64,000 nt of DNA, from NCBI GenBank assembly GCA_021810905.1, contig JAJZQH010000014.1, forward strand, positions 12,369 through 76,368, in the 5' to 3' direction. The notes beneath the pieces are model-generated. The model was not told where the DNA came from. It did not search any database and worked only from the letters and a program-made list of their open reading frames with translations. The stretch is from a bacterium. Its GTDB lineage: Bacteria; UBA10199; 2-02-FULL-44-16; JAAZCA01. The position numbers and the translations under genes are program-made. The stretch's first letter is position 1; every line of letters starts with the position of its first letter. This document shows positions 28,835 through 38,785 of this stretch, piece by piece.

Positions 28835-30001
28835 ATGAAAAACAGAACAATAATCGTCTTTGTCATTGGTGTGTTTATGCTTGCAGCCGGTTCCGCCCTT
28901 GCAGCGCCTGTCTCTCAGACTTCCGAAATACGCGTGCAACAGGTAATGCCGGTTCAGCCGGGCGCCGTCAAAACCGCTCCGGCAACACCGCAATACCAGA
29001 TCCAAAAGCAAGTAATGCCTGTAATGAAGTCAGCCATAAATATTGAGGGAGGCATCGCGATTCCGAAGCGTATCGTCTACACTGAATATAAAACATCTCC
29101 CTCCAATTATGGCGAAGTGGCGGATACGCGTTCATACACCCTTAATTTTGAAAGCGGGGTGCTTTCAAACATACAGGAAACTTATTTCGGTGGTTCGTAT
29201 GAATATGATTTTACATACTTAAATAATAAGGCGACCAAGATCGTTAAAAAGAGCATTCCCTCCAATAATGTGGAAGGCATTGTTGTATACAGCTATGACG
29301 GTCCTTCTGGAAAGCTCTCTACGGAAAAGGATTATGATGGTCCAATGTCGGATGTCGATCCAACCGTGAATCTAATCGGATGGTACGATTACGGTTATAA
29401 TCAAGGAATCAGATATGGTTCCAAGACGAGTAAAAGTTCTAGCGGGACATATCAAAAAAATGCAGATTGGAACGAAGTATCTACCTTCAATACGGACGGT
29501 TTGCCCAATTACCTCACTGTTAATGATCGTCCCAATACGATACCACTTTCCGACAGGGTTGCTATCGCGTACGGCAATGACGGTTCTGTAGAGAGTATCG
29601 ACGAAAATCAGGATGCTGTTCTGAGCGTGGCAGGCCAGACCCAGGATCACGCAACTCCGATTAACAGATTCTCTCAGATCACATATGAAAACGGTATGCC
29701 CAAGAAGATGTCAATTTTCGAGGACAATAAATTGGCGTACGTTGTTCAAGCTGAAGATGTGGATGCCGTGGGGCGAGTACTCAAAGAAGCAACGTATGTT
29801 TGCAAGGATAAACCGCAATGTTTAAAATGGCGTGAGACGACTTTCGAATACGAATATTTTGCGCTGAAACCTTTGTCGCCTCCGCTCTTCACGGTGATAT
29901 CTAATCTGGCAAAGTATGAAAGCCTTCTTTTCCTGGGTCAGCCGACCTTGCTCTTCGGTAGTGACGGTGTCGGCTTGTATCAGTGGATGAAAGGTTTTTG
30001 A
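28835..30001 (+). CDS. Secreted hypothetical protein, Tyr-rich beta repeats (YD-like), lower GC
   Basis: GAGGAGG SD, signal peptide ..SALA, YEYDFTY/YSYD/YDYGY/FEYEY strands. Confidence 0.75.
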   Translation: MKNRTIIVFVIGVFMLAAGSALAAPVSQTSEIRVQQVMPVQPGAVKTAPATPQYQIQKQVMPVMKSAINIEGGIAIPKRIVYTEYKTSPSNYGEVADTRSYTLNFESGVLSNIQETYFGGSYEYDFTYLNNKATKIVKKSIPSNNVEGIVVYSYDGPSGKLSTEKDYDGPMSDVDPTVNLIGWYDYGYNQGIRYGSKTSKSSSGTYQKNADWNEVSTFNTDGLPNYLTVNDRPNTIPLSDRVAIAYGNDGSVESIDENQDAVLSVAGQTQDHATPINRFSQITYENGMPKKMSIFEDNKLAYVVQAEDVDAVGRVLKEATYVCKDKPQCLKWRETTFEYEYFALKPLSPPLFTVISNLAKYESLLFLGQPTLLFGSDGVGLYQWMKGF

Positions 30002-30002
30002 A

Positions 30003-30470
30003 CTATAGGTAATGGCGCCCGAATACCATCGCAGAAAACTGGAGCGGATCCAGGGACGCGGTGCTCATGCACGACGGGTTTCCTAAGAACCTTTCCGGAC
30101 CTGATTCCGGGGGATCCGGCTCCTCAGGCAGGAATGGACGATAGAGTTCGAGCAACTCCTGGAACTCCTCACACTTCGACGGGACCTGGCCTTTGGCTAT
30201 TACCGCCCGAATAGCTTCTTGCCACCAGGGCAGAGAATCGAAGCACTGGCAGGGGACATGATCTATTATTCGAGCGATTGCATCTACGTTTGAGGCGCAG
30301 GCAGTTCCGTTCGCATCGACGTAGATATCGCCAGGGGTCAGACCCAGCGTATTCGAGATACACGCAACCTCTTCGGAGCTGAGGACCAGGTTTTTGTCCG
30401 AGATTTCAAAAACGAATGCATTTTCAGCGGGTTGTGACGCAGAGATAAGTGCCGATACAAAGTCTGCCAT
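30003..30470 (-). CDS. Hypothetical Cys-containing protein
   Basis: ORF with AAGGA SD, downstream of motif site 4. Confidence 0.65.
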   Translation of the reverse strand: MADFVSALISASQPAENAFVFEISDKNLVLSSEEVACISNTLGLTPGDIYVDANGTACASNVDAIARIIDHVPCQCFDSLPWWQEAIRAVIAKGQVPSKCEEFQELLELYRPFLPEEPDPPESGPERFLGNPSCMSTASLDPLQFSAMVFGRHYL

Positions 30471-30500
30471 AGGGCCGTCCTTAAGCCCCCTCCATACTTA

Positions 30501-30527
30501 TTATCGGCTGAAAATCGCCGAAGTTGC
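30501..30527 (-). promoter_or_regulatory. GCAACT-N13-GCCGATAA motif, site 4
   Basis: GCAACT TCGGCGATTTTCA GCCGATAA, 30 nt before ATG 30470. Confidence 0.8.
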
Positions 30528-30651
30528 GTGAAAATCGTGTTACAGTGGAAATCCTGTTGCGGGAATTCAACAGACCGACGAGCGACAAGCGAGACGAGCG
30601 GTGCCTGGCACCGGAGTCCTCACTTTCTGCAATGCCCTGGGCAGACGAAGA

Positions 30652-32982
30652 TCACCGGAAAACCGTGCCCAAGTGCATGGAGATAGGCGACAGTGTGGCG
30701 GCGGAATCGATGTTGAGTGTTGCTCCTTCATCGATCGCATCCCCGTTCCATTCGACGATCGAGTCCATTTCAGCGAAATAGTCTGATGCATTCTCTCCCG
30801 CGGCCGAAACCTTCTGGCTCTTGGAGCCTTCGATCATCTCCTTCACTGCGAGCACCGCATCCGTACGCGCCTTCGCAGGCTCGCGTGAAGCAGATTCCCT
30901 CGCGCGAAGGAGTCTTGCGCGGATTTCTTCGGGCATCTCATGTTCGGGCGCCGTGGAGAGCGCCATGTCCACGATTTCCGCAGCGTGCAGGATGCTGCGC
31001 AGGCGCGGCGCCGGCTCCGTCATCATCCAGGCGCCCATGATCAGCACGCTCCTCACGTAATTGCCGCTGATCGATTTTGACGGATCGTTCAGCGCGACGA
31101 AGAGACGAAGATCCACGCCCTTGAGGGTGTGGAGGGTATGTCCTTGCGCGATGAGTTCACGGAGGTGCGGCTCGATCGTTTCCCTGCGTCGGAGAAAATA
31201 TTCGGCCGGACCTGCGATTTCCTTATGGAGTTTTGCGGCCCGTTTATCATCAAGAAGACCGCCAGCCCTGAGCGCACCGACGAGGGTACCCAGCGCATAA
31301 TGCCGCTCGGCCTCGGGGAAATGATATGCATCTGCGGGGATGTCGCCCCGTGCCTTGAGATTTTCAACTGCGATGCGGTCTCTTCGCGCGACCAGAAAAC
31401 GGGTGAGCTGCAGATCGTCGGCAAGGAGCGCAGGATGTATTCCCTTCAGGGTTGCCGAACGGTCGAAGATCGTGCGCGCGCTGGTCACGCGTGACTGGTC
31501 CTTGATCGCCTGATCGGCCTTGAGCGCGCCGCTGTACTGCAGTGCACACATCAGCGTGGAAACGGAATAGGCCGTTGGAATGCAGCGAGAGCTCTGGCGA
31601 CGTAATTTTTTCTGTTCCCTGGATACCCGTGGAGCCGCCTTTCTGAGTTCATCGTAGAGGAGGTCGAAGGTGGGGATATCTTTTGAGGCGATCGACTGCA
31701 GGATCCTGGAATGATGGTAGAGTTCGATGGCATCCGCGACGCGAAGCAGGCCCTGAAGTTTCGATTTTCCTTTTGCACCCGAGAGCATGCCATGTCCCGC
31801 AAGGCAGGCCAGGTACATCGTGGCGATGCTCAGGCGGGAGCGGGATTCAGCCCCAATGACCTGGGCACGAATGGATCTGAGTTTCGCGACCATTGTCGGC
31901 GCATCCATTAGATCCTCGGGCGCTATGGAACGCAGGGGAGCGGATCGTTCAAAGAGCTCCATTGCGCTCGCCCACCGTCCGAACATCTCGGCCCTGCCTT
32001 CGGGTATGACGCCGGCTGCGGCCAGCATTCTGAATATTGTGGAATAGCTATACTCCGCGCGAATGTCTCGAACCTCGCTCTTTTCATCTATGAGCTGTTT
32101 TCGGATTCGAGGCAATGCTGCAATGAATGCCTCAGGGCACGCCGTGAGCGAGGAATCCATCCGTTGCAAAGCCGGGGACCGTTCGTAAAAGTCGCGGTAT
32201 TGAGCCGTAGTCTCAAATTCCCGCGAGGCCCTCTCGGAGATTCGCCCTGCCGCAATCAGGGCGCGCGTCAGAGTCAGAAAGGAATAGGGAGCGGTTTGTA
32301 CGTGAACCCCATCAGATCGTCTTGTCTGTCTCTTCGTCTTGAGGATATGCGGCCGAAGTTCAGCCAGCTTTTTCATGAGCCGCTGCGGAGAGGAGAGATC
32401 CTGTTTGCTCACTGACCGGAGGATGCTGCTTCGCTCATAGATCTCTGCGGCGCTGGCCAGCCATACGGCCGTCTGCCAGTCCGTCCTCGGGGCCAGGCTG
32501 TTTGTCTCAACCAGGGCGGCGACGAGGGCCGAGAGTTTGCATCCGATGCGCCATGGGTCAGCTTCCGTGAATTCTGCGAGTTTCTTCTCGATCGCGCATC
32601 TTTGCCGGACGAGCGCCTTCACGAGCGAGATGGGGGTCTCTGAGGATTCATCCGCAATCTTTCTGAGCGTCGAGGAGCCGACTATCAATTCCTCGAACTT
32701 TTTATGGAGGGCTGGGCTGGACTTCCTTCGGGACTTGCCGCCCTTGGATGCAGCGCTGTCGCGCCCGTCTGTCAGCCTCTTGAGCGCGTCTCCAGAGAGG
32801 ACGTGCGACAGGGCGTCGATCACCTCATAGCGATCGTCGACCGAAGCTACACCTCTATGAGTGATCCGGAGGGAGTCCCGGATCAGGCGCGCGTCTTTTG
32901 CGGCGAGCGAATCCTCGTGAGACGTATCGATGAATCGAACGATTACCCTTGTAGTTGATGCATTCAGCAGTATCCGGGCCAC
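30652..32982 (-). CDS. Hypothetical protein with about six ~80-aa helical repeats
   Basis: GGAGGAG SD and GTG start; recurring [YF][ED]RSxxLxx[IVM] and YSxxTLxxxLxxxGx[IL]. Confidence 0.8.
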   Translation of the reverse strand: MARILLNASTTRVIVRFIDTSHEDSLAAKDARLIRDSLRITHRGVASVDDRYEVIDALSHVLSGDALKRLTDGRDSAASKGGKSRRKSSPALHKKFEELIVGSSTLRKIADESSETPISLVKALVRQRCAIEKKLAEFTEADPWRIGCKLSALVAALVETNSLAPRTDWQTAVWLASAAEIYERSSILRSVSKQDLSSPQRLMKKLAELRPHILKTKRQTRRSDGVHVQTAPYSFLTLTRALIAAGRISERASREFETTAQYRDFYERSPALQRMDSSLTACPEAFIAALPRIRKQLIDEKSEVRDIRAEYSYSTIFRMLAAAGVIPEGRAEMFGRWASAMELFERSAPLRSIAPEDLMDAPTMVAKLRSIRAQVIGAESRSRLSIATMYLACLAGHGMLSGAKGKSKLQGLLRVADAIELYHHSRILQSIASKDIPTFDLLYDELRKAAPRVSREQKKLRRQSSRCIPTAYSVSTLMCALQYSGALKADQAIKDQSRVTSARTIFDRSATLKGIHPALLADDLQLTRFLVARRDRIAVENLKARGDIPADAYHFPEAERHYALGTLVGALRAGGLLDDKRAAKLHKEIAGPAEYFLRRRETIEPHLRELIAQGHTLHTLKGVDLRLFVALNDPSKSISGNYVRSVLIMGAWMMTEPAPRLRSILHAAEIVDMALSTAPEHEMPEEIRARLLRARESASREPAKARTDAVLAVKEMIEGSKSQKVSAAGENASDYFAEMDSIVEWNGDAIDEGATLNIDSAATLSPISMHLGTVFR

Positions 32983-33018
32983 ATCTCCTCCAACCGCCGC
33001 ATCTCGGCGATGACCCTG

Positions 33019-33045
33019 TTATCGGAACTTTCGCCCAGAAGTTGT
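33019..33045 (-). promoter_or_regulatory. GCAACT-N13 motif, site 5
   Basis: ACAACT TCTGGGCGAAAGT TCCGATAA, 36 nt before GTG 32982. Confidence 0.72.
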
Positions 33046-33150
33046 GTCCTATTTCCGATCGATGATTGAGAGGAACAGGTTCCACGGGTCGCGGATATCC
33101 GCTTATCGCGATTGATTCTTTCCGCGGGCTATGCTTAATCTCGCAAACCC

Positions 33151-36100
33151 ATGCAGCACGCCAATTTCGTACATCTGCACGTGCATTCATACTACAGCCT
33201 GCTGGACGGCGCCGCGCCCATCGAGGTCCTGGCCGAGAGGGCCAAGGAGTTCCGGATGCCGGCCCTGGCGCTCACCGACCACGGCAACCTATTTGGCGCC
33301 ATCGAATTTTATCAGACGCTCTCCAAGGCAGGGGTCAAGCCGTGTATCGGTTGCGAGTGCTACCTGCTCACCAAGGGGAGCCGTCACACGCGCGACCTCA
33401 AGCAGGAGGGCACGCTCTCACACATCACTTTGCTCGCAAAAAACCGCGAAGGCTTTCGCAGCCTCTGCCGCCTGATTAGTTCAAGTTATTTGGAGGGTTT
33501 TTATTATAAGCCTCGAATAGACAAAGAAATATTGAGAGAAAATAATGCCGGGCTCATAGCCCTCTCGGGTTGCTTGAAGGGTGAGGTGCCATTTGCCTTA
33601 TCTGAAGGGAGATTTGAAGACGCAAAGGCTGCGGCTTTGGAACTCGCTTCTATTTTCACAAATAACCGCCTCTTTCTTGAGGTGCAAGACCACGGGTTGC
33701 CGGAACAAGCCAGGATAAAAGAGGGAATCAAGGAATTGGGCCAGGAGCTGGGCATAGGGCTCGCGGCCACTAACGACGTTCATTATATCCATCGCGAGGA
33801 CGCCCCGGTCCACGATGCACTCCTGTGCATCCAGACCGCCAAGACAATCGACGAGCCCAACCGCATGCGCCTTGGCTCGGACGAATTTTACCTCAAATCG
33901 CCCGAGGAGATGTCCCAACTCTTTGCCGACTGCCCTGAGGCGATCTCCAACACCGTGGCCATCGCCGAGCGGTTGAACCTGGATTTTGACTTCAAGACCT
34001 ATCATTTCCCCAAGTTCGTGCCGCCGGAAGGCAGGGACCTGGCCGCGTATCTGGACGAGCGCGCAAGGGAGGCGCTGGCCGGAAAGCTCGAGACGGTGCT
34101 CGCCCGCCACACTGAGGATAAGGATAAGACGAGGAAGGATTACGAAGAGCGCCTGGAGGTGGAGCTCAAGGTCATCATTTCTATGGGTTTTGCCGGTTAC
34201 TTCCTCATAGTGGCCGATTTCATAGCGCACGCGCGCTCGATCGACCTGCCGGTAGGGCCGGGCCGCGGCTCTGCAGCCGGCTCCCTTGTCGCGTATTGCC
34301 TGGGCATCACCAACATAGACCCGATCGAGCACGGCCTGCTCTTCGAGCGATTCTTGAACCCCGAGCGCATCAGCATGCCGGACGTGGACATAGACTTCTG
34401 CATGCGCCGCCGTGAAGAGGTGATCGAGTATGTGGCGAAGAAGTACGGCAACGTGAGCCAGATCATCACGTTCGGAAAGATGAAGGCGCGCGCGGTGGTG
34501 CGCGACGTGGGCAGAGTAATGGGGCTGCCTTACGGGGACGTGGACCGGATCGCCAAGTTGATACCGGCGACGCTGGGCATGACGCTCGACGAGGCCGTGA
34601 AGATTGAACCAAAGCTCAAGGAGACGGCGGCAAAGGACAAGCAGGTGGCGCGGCTCCTGGAGATCGCGCGAGCGCTCGAGGGTTATCCGCGCCATGCGTC
34701 CACGCATGCGGCGGGCGTTGTGATCTCCGACCAGCCGCTAACGGAGTTCGTACCGCTTTATCGCGGCCAGAACGACGAAGTCGTGACGCAGTTCGACATG
34801 AAGTGCGTGGAAAAGGTGGGGCTGATCAAGTTCGATTTCCTGGGGCTCAAGACCCTCACGGTGATAGACGACGCGCTCAAGCTGATACGTGCGCGTACCG
34901 GAGAGCGCATCGATATAGACTCGATCCCGCTCGACGATCCGCTCGTCTACGAGAACCTCTCAAAGGGCGACACCGCCGGCGTATTCCAGCTCGAAAGCTC
35001 CGGCATGACCGATCTGGTGATGAAGCTCAAGCCCAGCGCGTTCCCGGATATCGTTGCTCTAGTCGCGCTCTTCCGCCCCGGTCCTCTGGGCTCGGGCATG
35101 GTGGACGACTTCATCGACCGCAAGCACGGCCGCAAGGCTATCAAGTACGAACTGCCGCAACTAGAGGGGATTTTGCGCGAGACGTACGGCGTGATCGTCT
35201 ATCAGGAGCAGGTGATGCAGATAGCGAATCTGCTCGCGAACTACAGCCTGGGCGAAGCCGATCTCCTCCGCCGCGCCATGGGCAAGAAAAAACCCGAGGA
35301 GATGGCCAAGCAGCGCGAGCGGTTCGTAACCGGCGCCGTGGCGAATAAAATTTCCAAACAAAAGGCTGAATTCATCTTCGACCTGATGGCCAAGTTCGCC
35401 GAATACGGCTTCAACAAGTCGCACAGCGCTGCGTACGCGATGGTCTCCTATCAGACCGCGTGGCTGAAATTCCACTATCCCACGGAGTTCATGGCAGCGC
35501 TGCTCACGTCGGAAAAGGACGTCACGGACAAGATACTGCGCTACATGAACGACTGCCGCAGCCATGGGCTCAAGGTGCTGCCTCCGGACGTGGGCGAGAG
35601 CCAGCGCGATTTTTCGGTAGTGGAGCAGGGGACGATACGCTTCGGTCTGGCTGCGGTGAAGAACGTGGGAGAGGCCGCCATCGACAGCATCATCGCGGTG
35701 CGCAACGAGGGCGGGCCTTTCGCGTCGCTCTTTGATTTCTGCGAGCGGGTCGATTCCCGCAGGGTGAACCGTCGCGTGATAGAGAGCCTCATCAAGTGCG
35801 GCGCCTTCGACTCCACAAAGGCGGCGCGCGCGGCGCTTTTGACGGCGCTGGATCGGGCGATGGAGATGGCCGCCTCCAGGCAGCGCGACCGGCAGAGCGG
35901 ACAGTCCAGGCTATTCGATCTCATGTCGGGTGCGGGGCATGCGCTTCCGGAACCGGAGCTGCCGGACGTTTCCGAATGGGGCGAGCGGCAGCTGCTCGCT
36001 TACGAGAAGGAGTCCCTCGGGTTCTACATCACCGGCCATCCTCTTGCGCAATACGAGGAGCTGCTCACGCAATATGCGAACACGGATACGGCCGCGCTTC

Positions 36101-36618
36101 CTGAGATCTCAGATAATCAGGAGGTGCGGCTCGGCGGAGTCGTGGCGAAGCTCCGTGAGATCACGACAAAGCGCGGCGACCGGATGGGATTTGTTACGCT
36201 TGAGGATCTCAAGGGCACGGCGGAGGTCGTGGTCTTTTCCGAGCCCTTCGCGGAGTCCATGTCGCTCATCAAGGGCGATCGTCCGCTGTTCGTGGTGGGG
36301 ACGGCCGATGCGGACGGTGAAAGCGTCAAGATCATTGCAAAGTCGATCTGGCCGATCGAAGACGTTCCGCAGAGGCTCACCAAGAGCGTGCACTTCTTCC
36401 TGCATCAGCCGGAGGTTACGCCCAACCACCTGGCGCAGCTGAAGAACATACTATCGCGCTATCCCGGTGAGTGCCCGGCGTTCGTGCATCTCATCGTGCC
36501 TGAAAAAACTGAGACTGTGCTCTCGCTGCCGGAGGAGATGAAACTCTCGCCTTCTCCGCAGCTTGTTGCTACAGTCGATAAACTATTCGGGCACAGCGTT
36601 ACGAGGTTTGTATCTTGA
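33151..36618 (+). CDS. dnaE: DNA polymerase III alpha subunit
   Basis: FVHLHVHSYYSLLDG PHP domain, GRGSAAGS, MPDVDIDF, KFDFLGL, YGFNKSH. Confidence 0.98.
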   Translation: MQHANFVHLHVHSYYSLLDGAAPIEVLAERAKEFRMPALALTDHGNLFGAIEFYQTLSKAGVKPCIGCECYLLTKGSRHTRDLKQEGTLSHITLLAKNREGFRSLCRLISSSYLEGFYYKPRIDKEILRENNAGLIALSGCLKGEVPFALSEGRFEDAKAAALELASIFTNNRLFLEVQDHGLPEQARIKEGIKELGQELGIGLAATNDVHYIHREDAPVHDALLCIQTAKTIDEPNRMRLGSDEFYLKSPEEMSQLFADCPEAISNTVAIAERLNLDFDFKTYHFPKFVPPEGRDLAAYLDERAREALAGKLETVLARHTEDKDKTRKDYEERLEVELKVIISMGFAGYFLIVADFIAHARSIDLPVGPGRGSAAGSLVAYCLGITNIDPIEHGLLFERFLNPERISMPDVDIDFCMRRREEVIEYVAKKYGNVSQIITFGKMKARAVVRDVGRVMGLPYGDVDRIAKLIPATLGMTLDEAVKIEPKLKETAAKDKQVARLLEIARALEGYPRHASTHAAGVVISDQPLTEFVPLYRGQNDEVVTQFDMKCVEKVGLIKFDFLGLKTLTVIDDALKLIRARTGERIDIDSIPLDDPLVYENLSKGDTAGVFQLESSGMTDLVMKLKPSAFPDIVALVALFRPGPLGSGMVDDFIDRKHGRKAIKYELPQLEGILRETYGVIVYQEQVMQIANLLANYSLGEADLLRRAMGKKKPEEMAKQRERFVTGAVANKISKQKAEFIFDLMAKFAEYGFNKSHSAAYAMVSYQTAWLKFHYPTEFMAALLTSEKDVTDKILRYMNDCRSHGLKVLPPDVGESQRDFSVVEQGTIRFGLAAVKNVGEAAIDSIIAVRNEGGPFASLFDFCERVDSRRVNRRVIESLIKCGAFDSTKAARAALLTALDRAMEMAASRQRDRQSGQSRLFDLMSGAGHALPEPELPDVSEWGERQLLAYEKESLGFYITGHPLAQYEELLTQYANTDTAALPEISDNQEVRLGGVVAKLREITTKRGDRMGFVTLEDLKGTAEVVVFSEPFAESMSLIKGDRPLFVVGTADADGESVKIIAKSIWPIEDVPQRLTKSVHFFLHQPEVTPNHLAQLKNILSRYPGECPAFVHLIVPEKTETVLSLPEEMKLSPSPQLVATVDKLFGHSVTRFVS

Positions 36619-36621
36619 AAA

Positions 36622-36726
36622 CCGTCGTTCGTCGTTAGTCGTTCGTCGATCGTGACGGCCTCAAGAACATGGACGTTTTTACGATCAACGCACCACGAAT
36701 TACGAACGACTAACGACTAACGACGA
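36622..36726. repeat. Convergent heptamer repeat hairpin
   Basis: ccgtcgttcgtcgttagtcgttcgtcg ... acgaacgactaacgactaacgacga. Confidence 0.8.
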
Positions 36727-36740
36727 AACAAGGAGGCAAC

Positions 36741-37430
36741 ATGCATTCGAAGAAAGCAGTGGCAATGGCAGTGGCAGTGGCGTTCACGTTCGCGGCAGGC
36801 GCGGCGTTTGGCGCCAGCAAGAGGCCGCCTCAGTCGGGCGATATTGCCGCGGCAAACGAGCCCTCCCAGGCTCCGGCGCAGATGAGCAACCTACGCGTGT
36901 CGATCTACCCCGTGAAGACCGACGGTTTCACGCTGAATAAGAGCGAGGTCACGGAAATCCACCGCATCGCCATGCAGGCATGCTTTGACGCAGGTCTGCG
37001 CTGTTCGGGCAGGGGCGAGACGGTGGGCAACGTCCAGAAGGAGCAGTCGTACGAAGGACGCGGGCGCATCGCGCAGGCGCAGTACGTGGCCGAATTTACG
37101 CTCGTCGGCAAGACGCAGGACAAGGTCAAGCTCGGCCTCCCGGGCGGATTCCACGTCGGCGGCGGATATGGAACCAACTTCGGCGGCGGGGTCGTTGGCG
37201 GCGGCGTGTACACAGACCTCTCCGGTCTTGGAATCAAGATGGACGGCATGGAGCTGGTGGGGCAGATCTCCGATACCTCCGACGGGGCCCTTGTTTACTC
37301 CGATACGCAGAGCAAGCTTGCGCTGAGGGGGAGCTTCATAGTGGGAGAGGCGGGCGGATCAAACGCCAAAAAGCTGCTCAAGACGTTCCGACAGATGTTT
37401 GACGACTTCAGGGCGAGGATCGGTCGCTGA
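36741..37430 (+). CDS. Exported protein, possibly CsgG/LpoB-like fold
   Basis: AGGAGG SD, signal peptide, KEQ..GRIAQAQYV motif followed by a Gly-rich hairpin. Confidence 0.6.
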   Translation: MHSKKAVAMAVAVAFTFAAGAAFGASKRPPQSGDIAAANEPSQAPAQMSNLRVSIYPVKTDGFTLNKSEVTEIHRIAMQACFDAGLRCSGRGETVGNVQKEQSYEGRGRIAQAQYVAEFTLVGKTQDKVKLGLPGGFHVGGGYGTNFGGGVVGGGVYTDLSGLGIKMDGMELVGQISDTSDGALVYSDTQSKLALRGSFIVGEAGGSNAKKLLKTFRQMFDDFRARIGR

Positions 37431-38701
37431 CTGGCTCCAAGTCAACGCAGTCCATTGCAGGGCGTTTCGGGCCTCAGCGCGCGCTCATCGTGGGAGTGCG
37501 CCATGGGCGGATGTCGCGGCGTGCGATGGAGCGATCGCTTTCCGAGCTCGAACGGCTGATCGATACCGCTGGCGGCGTTGTCGTTGGCAAGAGCTCGCAG
37601 GAGGTGCGGCGCATAGATCCCGCCACGTTCATCGGTCGAGGCAAGGCGGAGGAGTTTGCTGCAAAGGTAGTCGAACTCGCCGCTGAACTAGTTGTGCTCG
37701 ACTGCGAACTCTCCCCGGTCCAGAATAGAAATCTGGAGGATAAACTCGGCGTCCTCGTGCTCGACAGGACGGCGGTGATCCTCGACATCTTCGCGCAGCG
37801 CGCGCGCTCCAACGAGGGTAAACTCCAGGTGGAGCTGGCCCAGTTGGAGTATCTCGGGCCCAGGCTCGTGGGCCGCGGCAAGATGCTCTCTCAACAGACC
37901 GGCCGCATAGGCACTAGGGGGCCTGGCGAGACGGCGCTGGAGTACGATAGACGCCGCATGCGCGACAGAATTACAAGGCTGCGCCGCGGGCTCGAGCACG
38001 TGCGCGCGCACCGCGGTCTTCACCGCCGCAAGCGCGCCTCCATTCCCATTCCGCTCGTATCGCTCGTTGGCTACACCAACTCCGGCAAGTCCACGCTCAT
38101 GAACGCACTGACAGGCGCCGGCGTCTTTGTCGAAGACAAACTCTTCGCAACGCTCGACCCTACCGTGCGCAGGCTCAGGCTTCCATCAGGCAGGGAGGTG
38201 CTTCTCGCGGATACAGTGGGCTTTATCAGCAGGCTTCCCCACGAACTCGTGGAGTCGTTCAAGTCCACTTTTGAGGAAGTGGAAGCAGCGAGCGTGCTTC
38301 TGCACGTAATCGACGGCGGCGATGAAGAGGCGGCCATGCACGTGAAGATCGTGGAGGGCGTGCTCGCCGAGCTGGGCCTGGGCAAAAAACCCGTGCTCGA
38401 CGTCGTCAACAAATGCGACCTGCCGGCCGTGTTTTATCGCGGAGATCGCGATGCCGTTCGCGTCTCCGCGATCACTGGGCAGGGGATAGGCGAGATCACG
38501 GAGAGATTGGACAAGATGCTTACGGTCGAATTCAGAAGCGTTACCCTGAGCCTTCCTCAAGATCGCGGCGACGTGCTCTCCGAACTCTATCGCCTTGGAC
38601 ACGTCACTTTGGTCGAGTACTGCGAGGATCGTATAAGGGTCGAATGCGAGCTGCATGCGAAGCAGTTCGGCAAATACCGCCGATACGTCGAAGGGAGCTA
38701 G
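37427..38701 (+). CDS. hflX: GTPase HflX (probable CTG start)
   Basis: ILDIFAQRA, LQVELAQL, RGPGE, GYTNSGKSTL, DTVGFI; conserved RALIVG lies upstream of the GTG at 37490. Confidence 0.93.
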   Translation: MTGSKSTQSIAGRFGPQRALIVGVRHGRMSRRAMERSLSELERLIDTAGGVVVGKSSQEVRRIDPATFIGRGKAEEFAAKVVELAAELVVLDCELSPVQNRNLEDKLGVLVLDRTAVILDIFAQRARSNEGKLQVELAQLEYLGPRLVGRGKMLSQQTGRIGTRGPGETALEYDRRRMRDRITRLRRGLEHVRAHRGLHRRKRASIPIPLVSLVGYTNSGKSTLMNALTGAGVFVEDKLFATLDPTVRRLRLPSGREVLLADTVGFISRLPHELVESFKSTFEEVEAASVLLHVIDGGDEEAAMHVKIVEGVLAELGLGKKPVLDVVNKCDLPAVFYRGDRDAVRVSAITGQGIGEITERLDKMLTVEFRSVTLSLPQDRGDVLSELYRLGHVTLVEYCEDRIRVECELHAKQFGKYRRYVEGS

Positions 38702-38785
38702 CGAACGGGCGGCAGCCAACTGTTTATTTTGACTGGAACTTTTTCTTTTGATTGTGTATTTCAACGATCCTGGAGGGATTTTTGA

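Noticed and set aside
28022..33150. Genomic island integrated at the guaA 3' end
   Set aside because: No integrase and no duplicated guaA end seen; the genes carry separate host-type promoters
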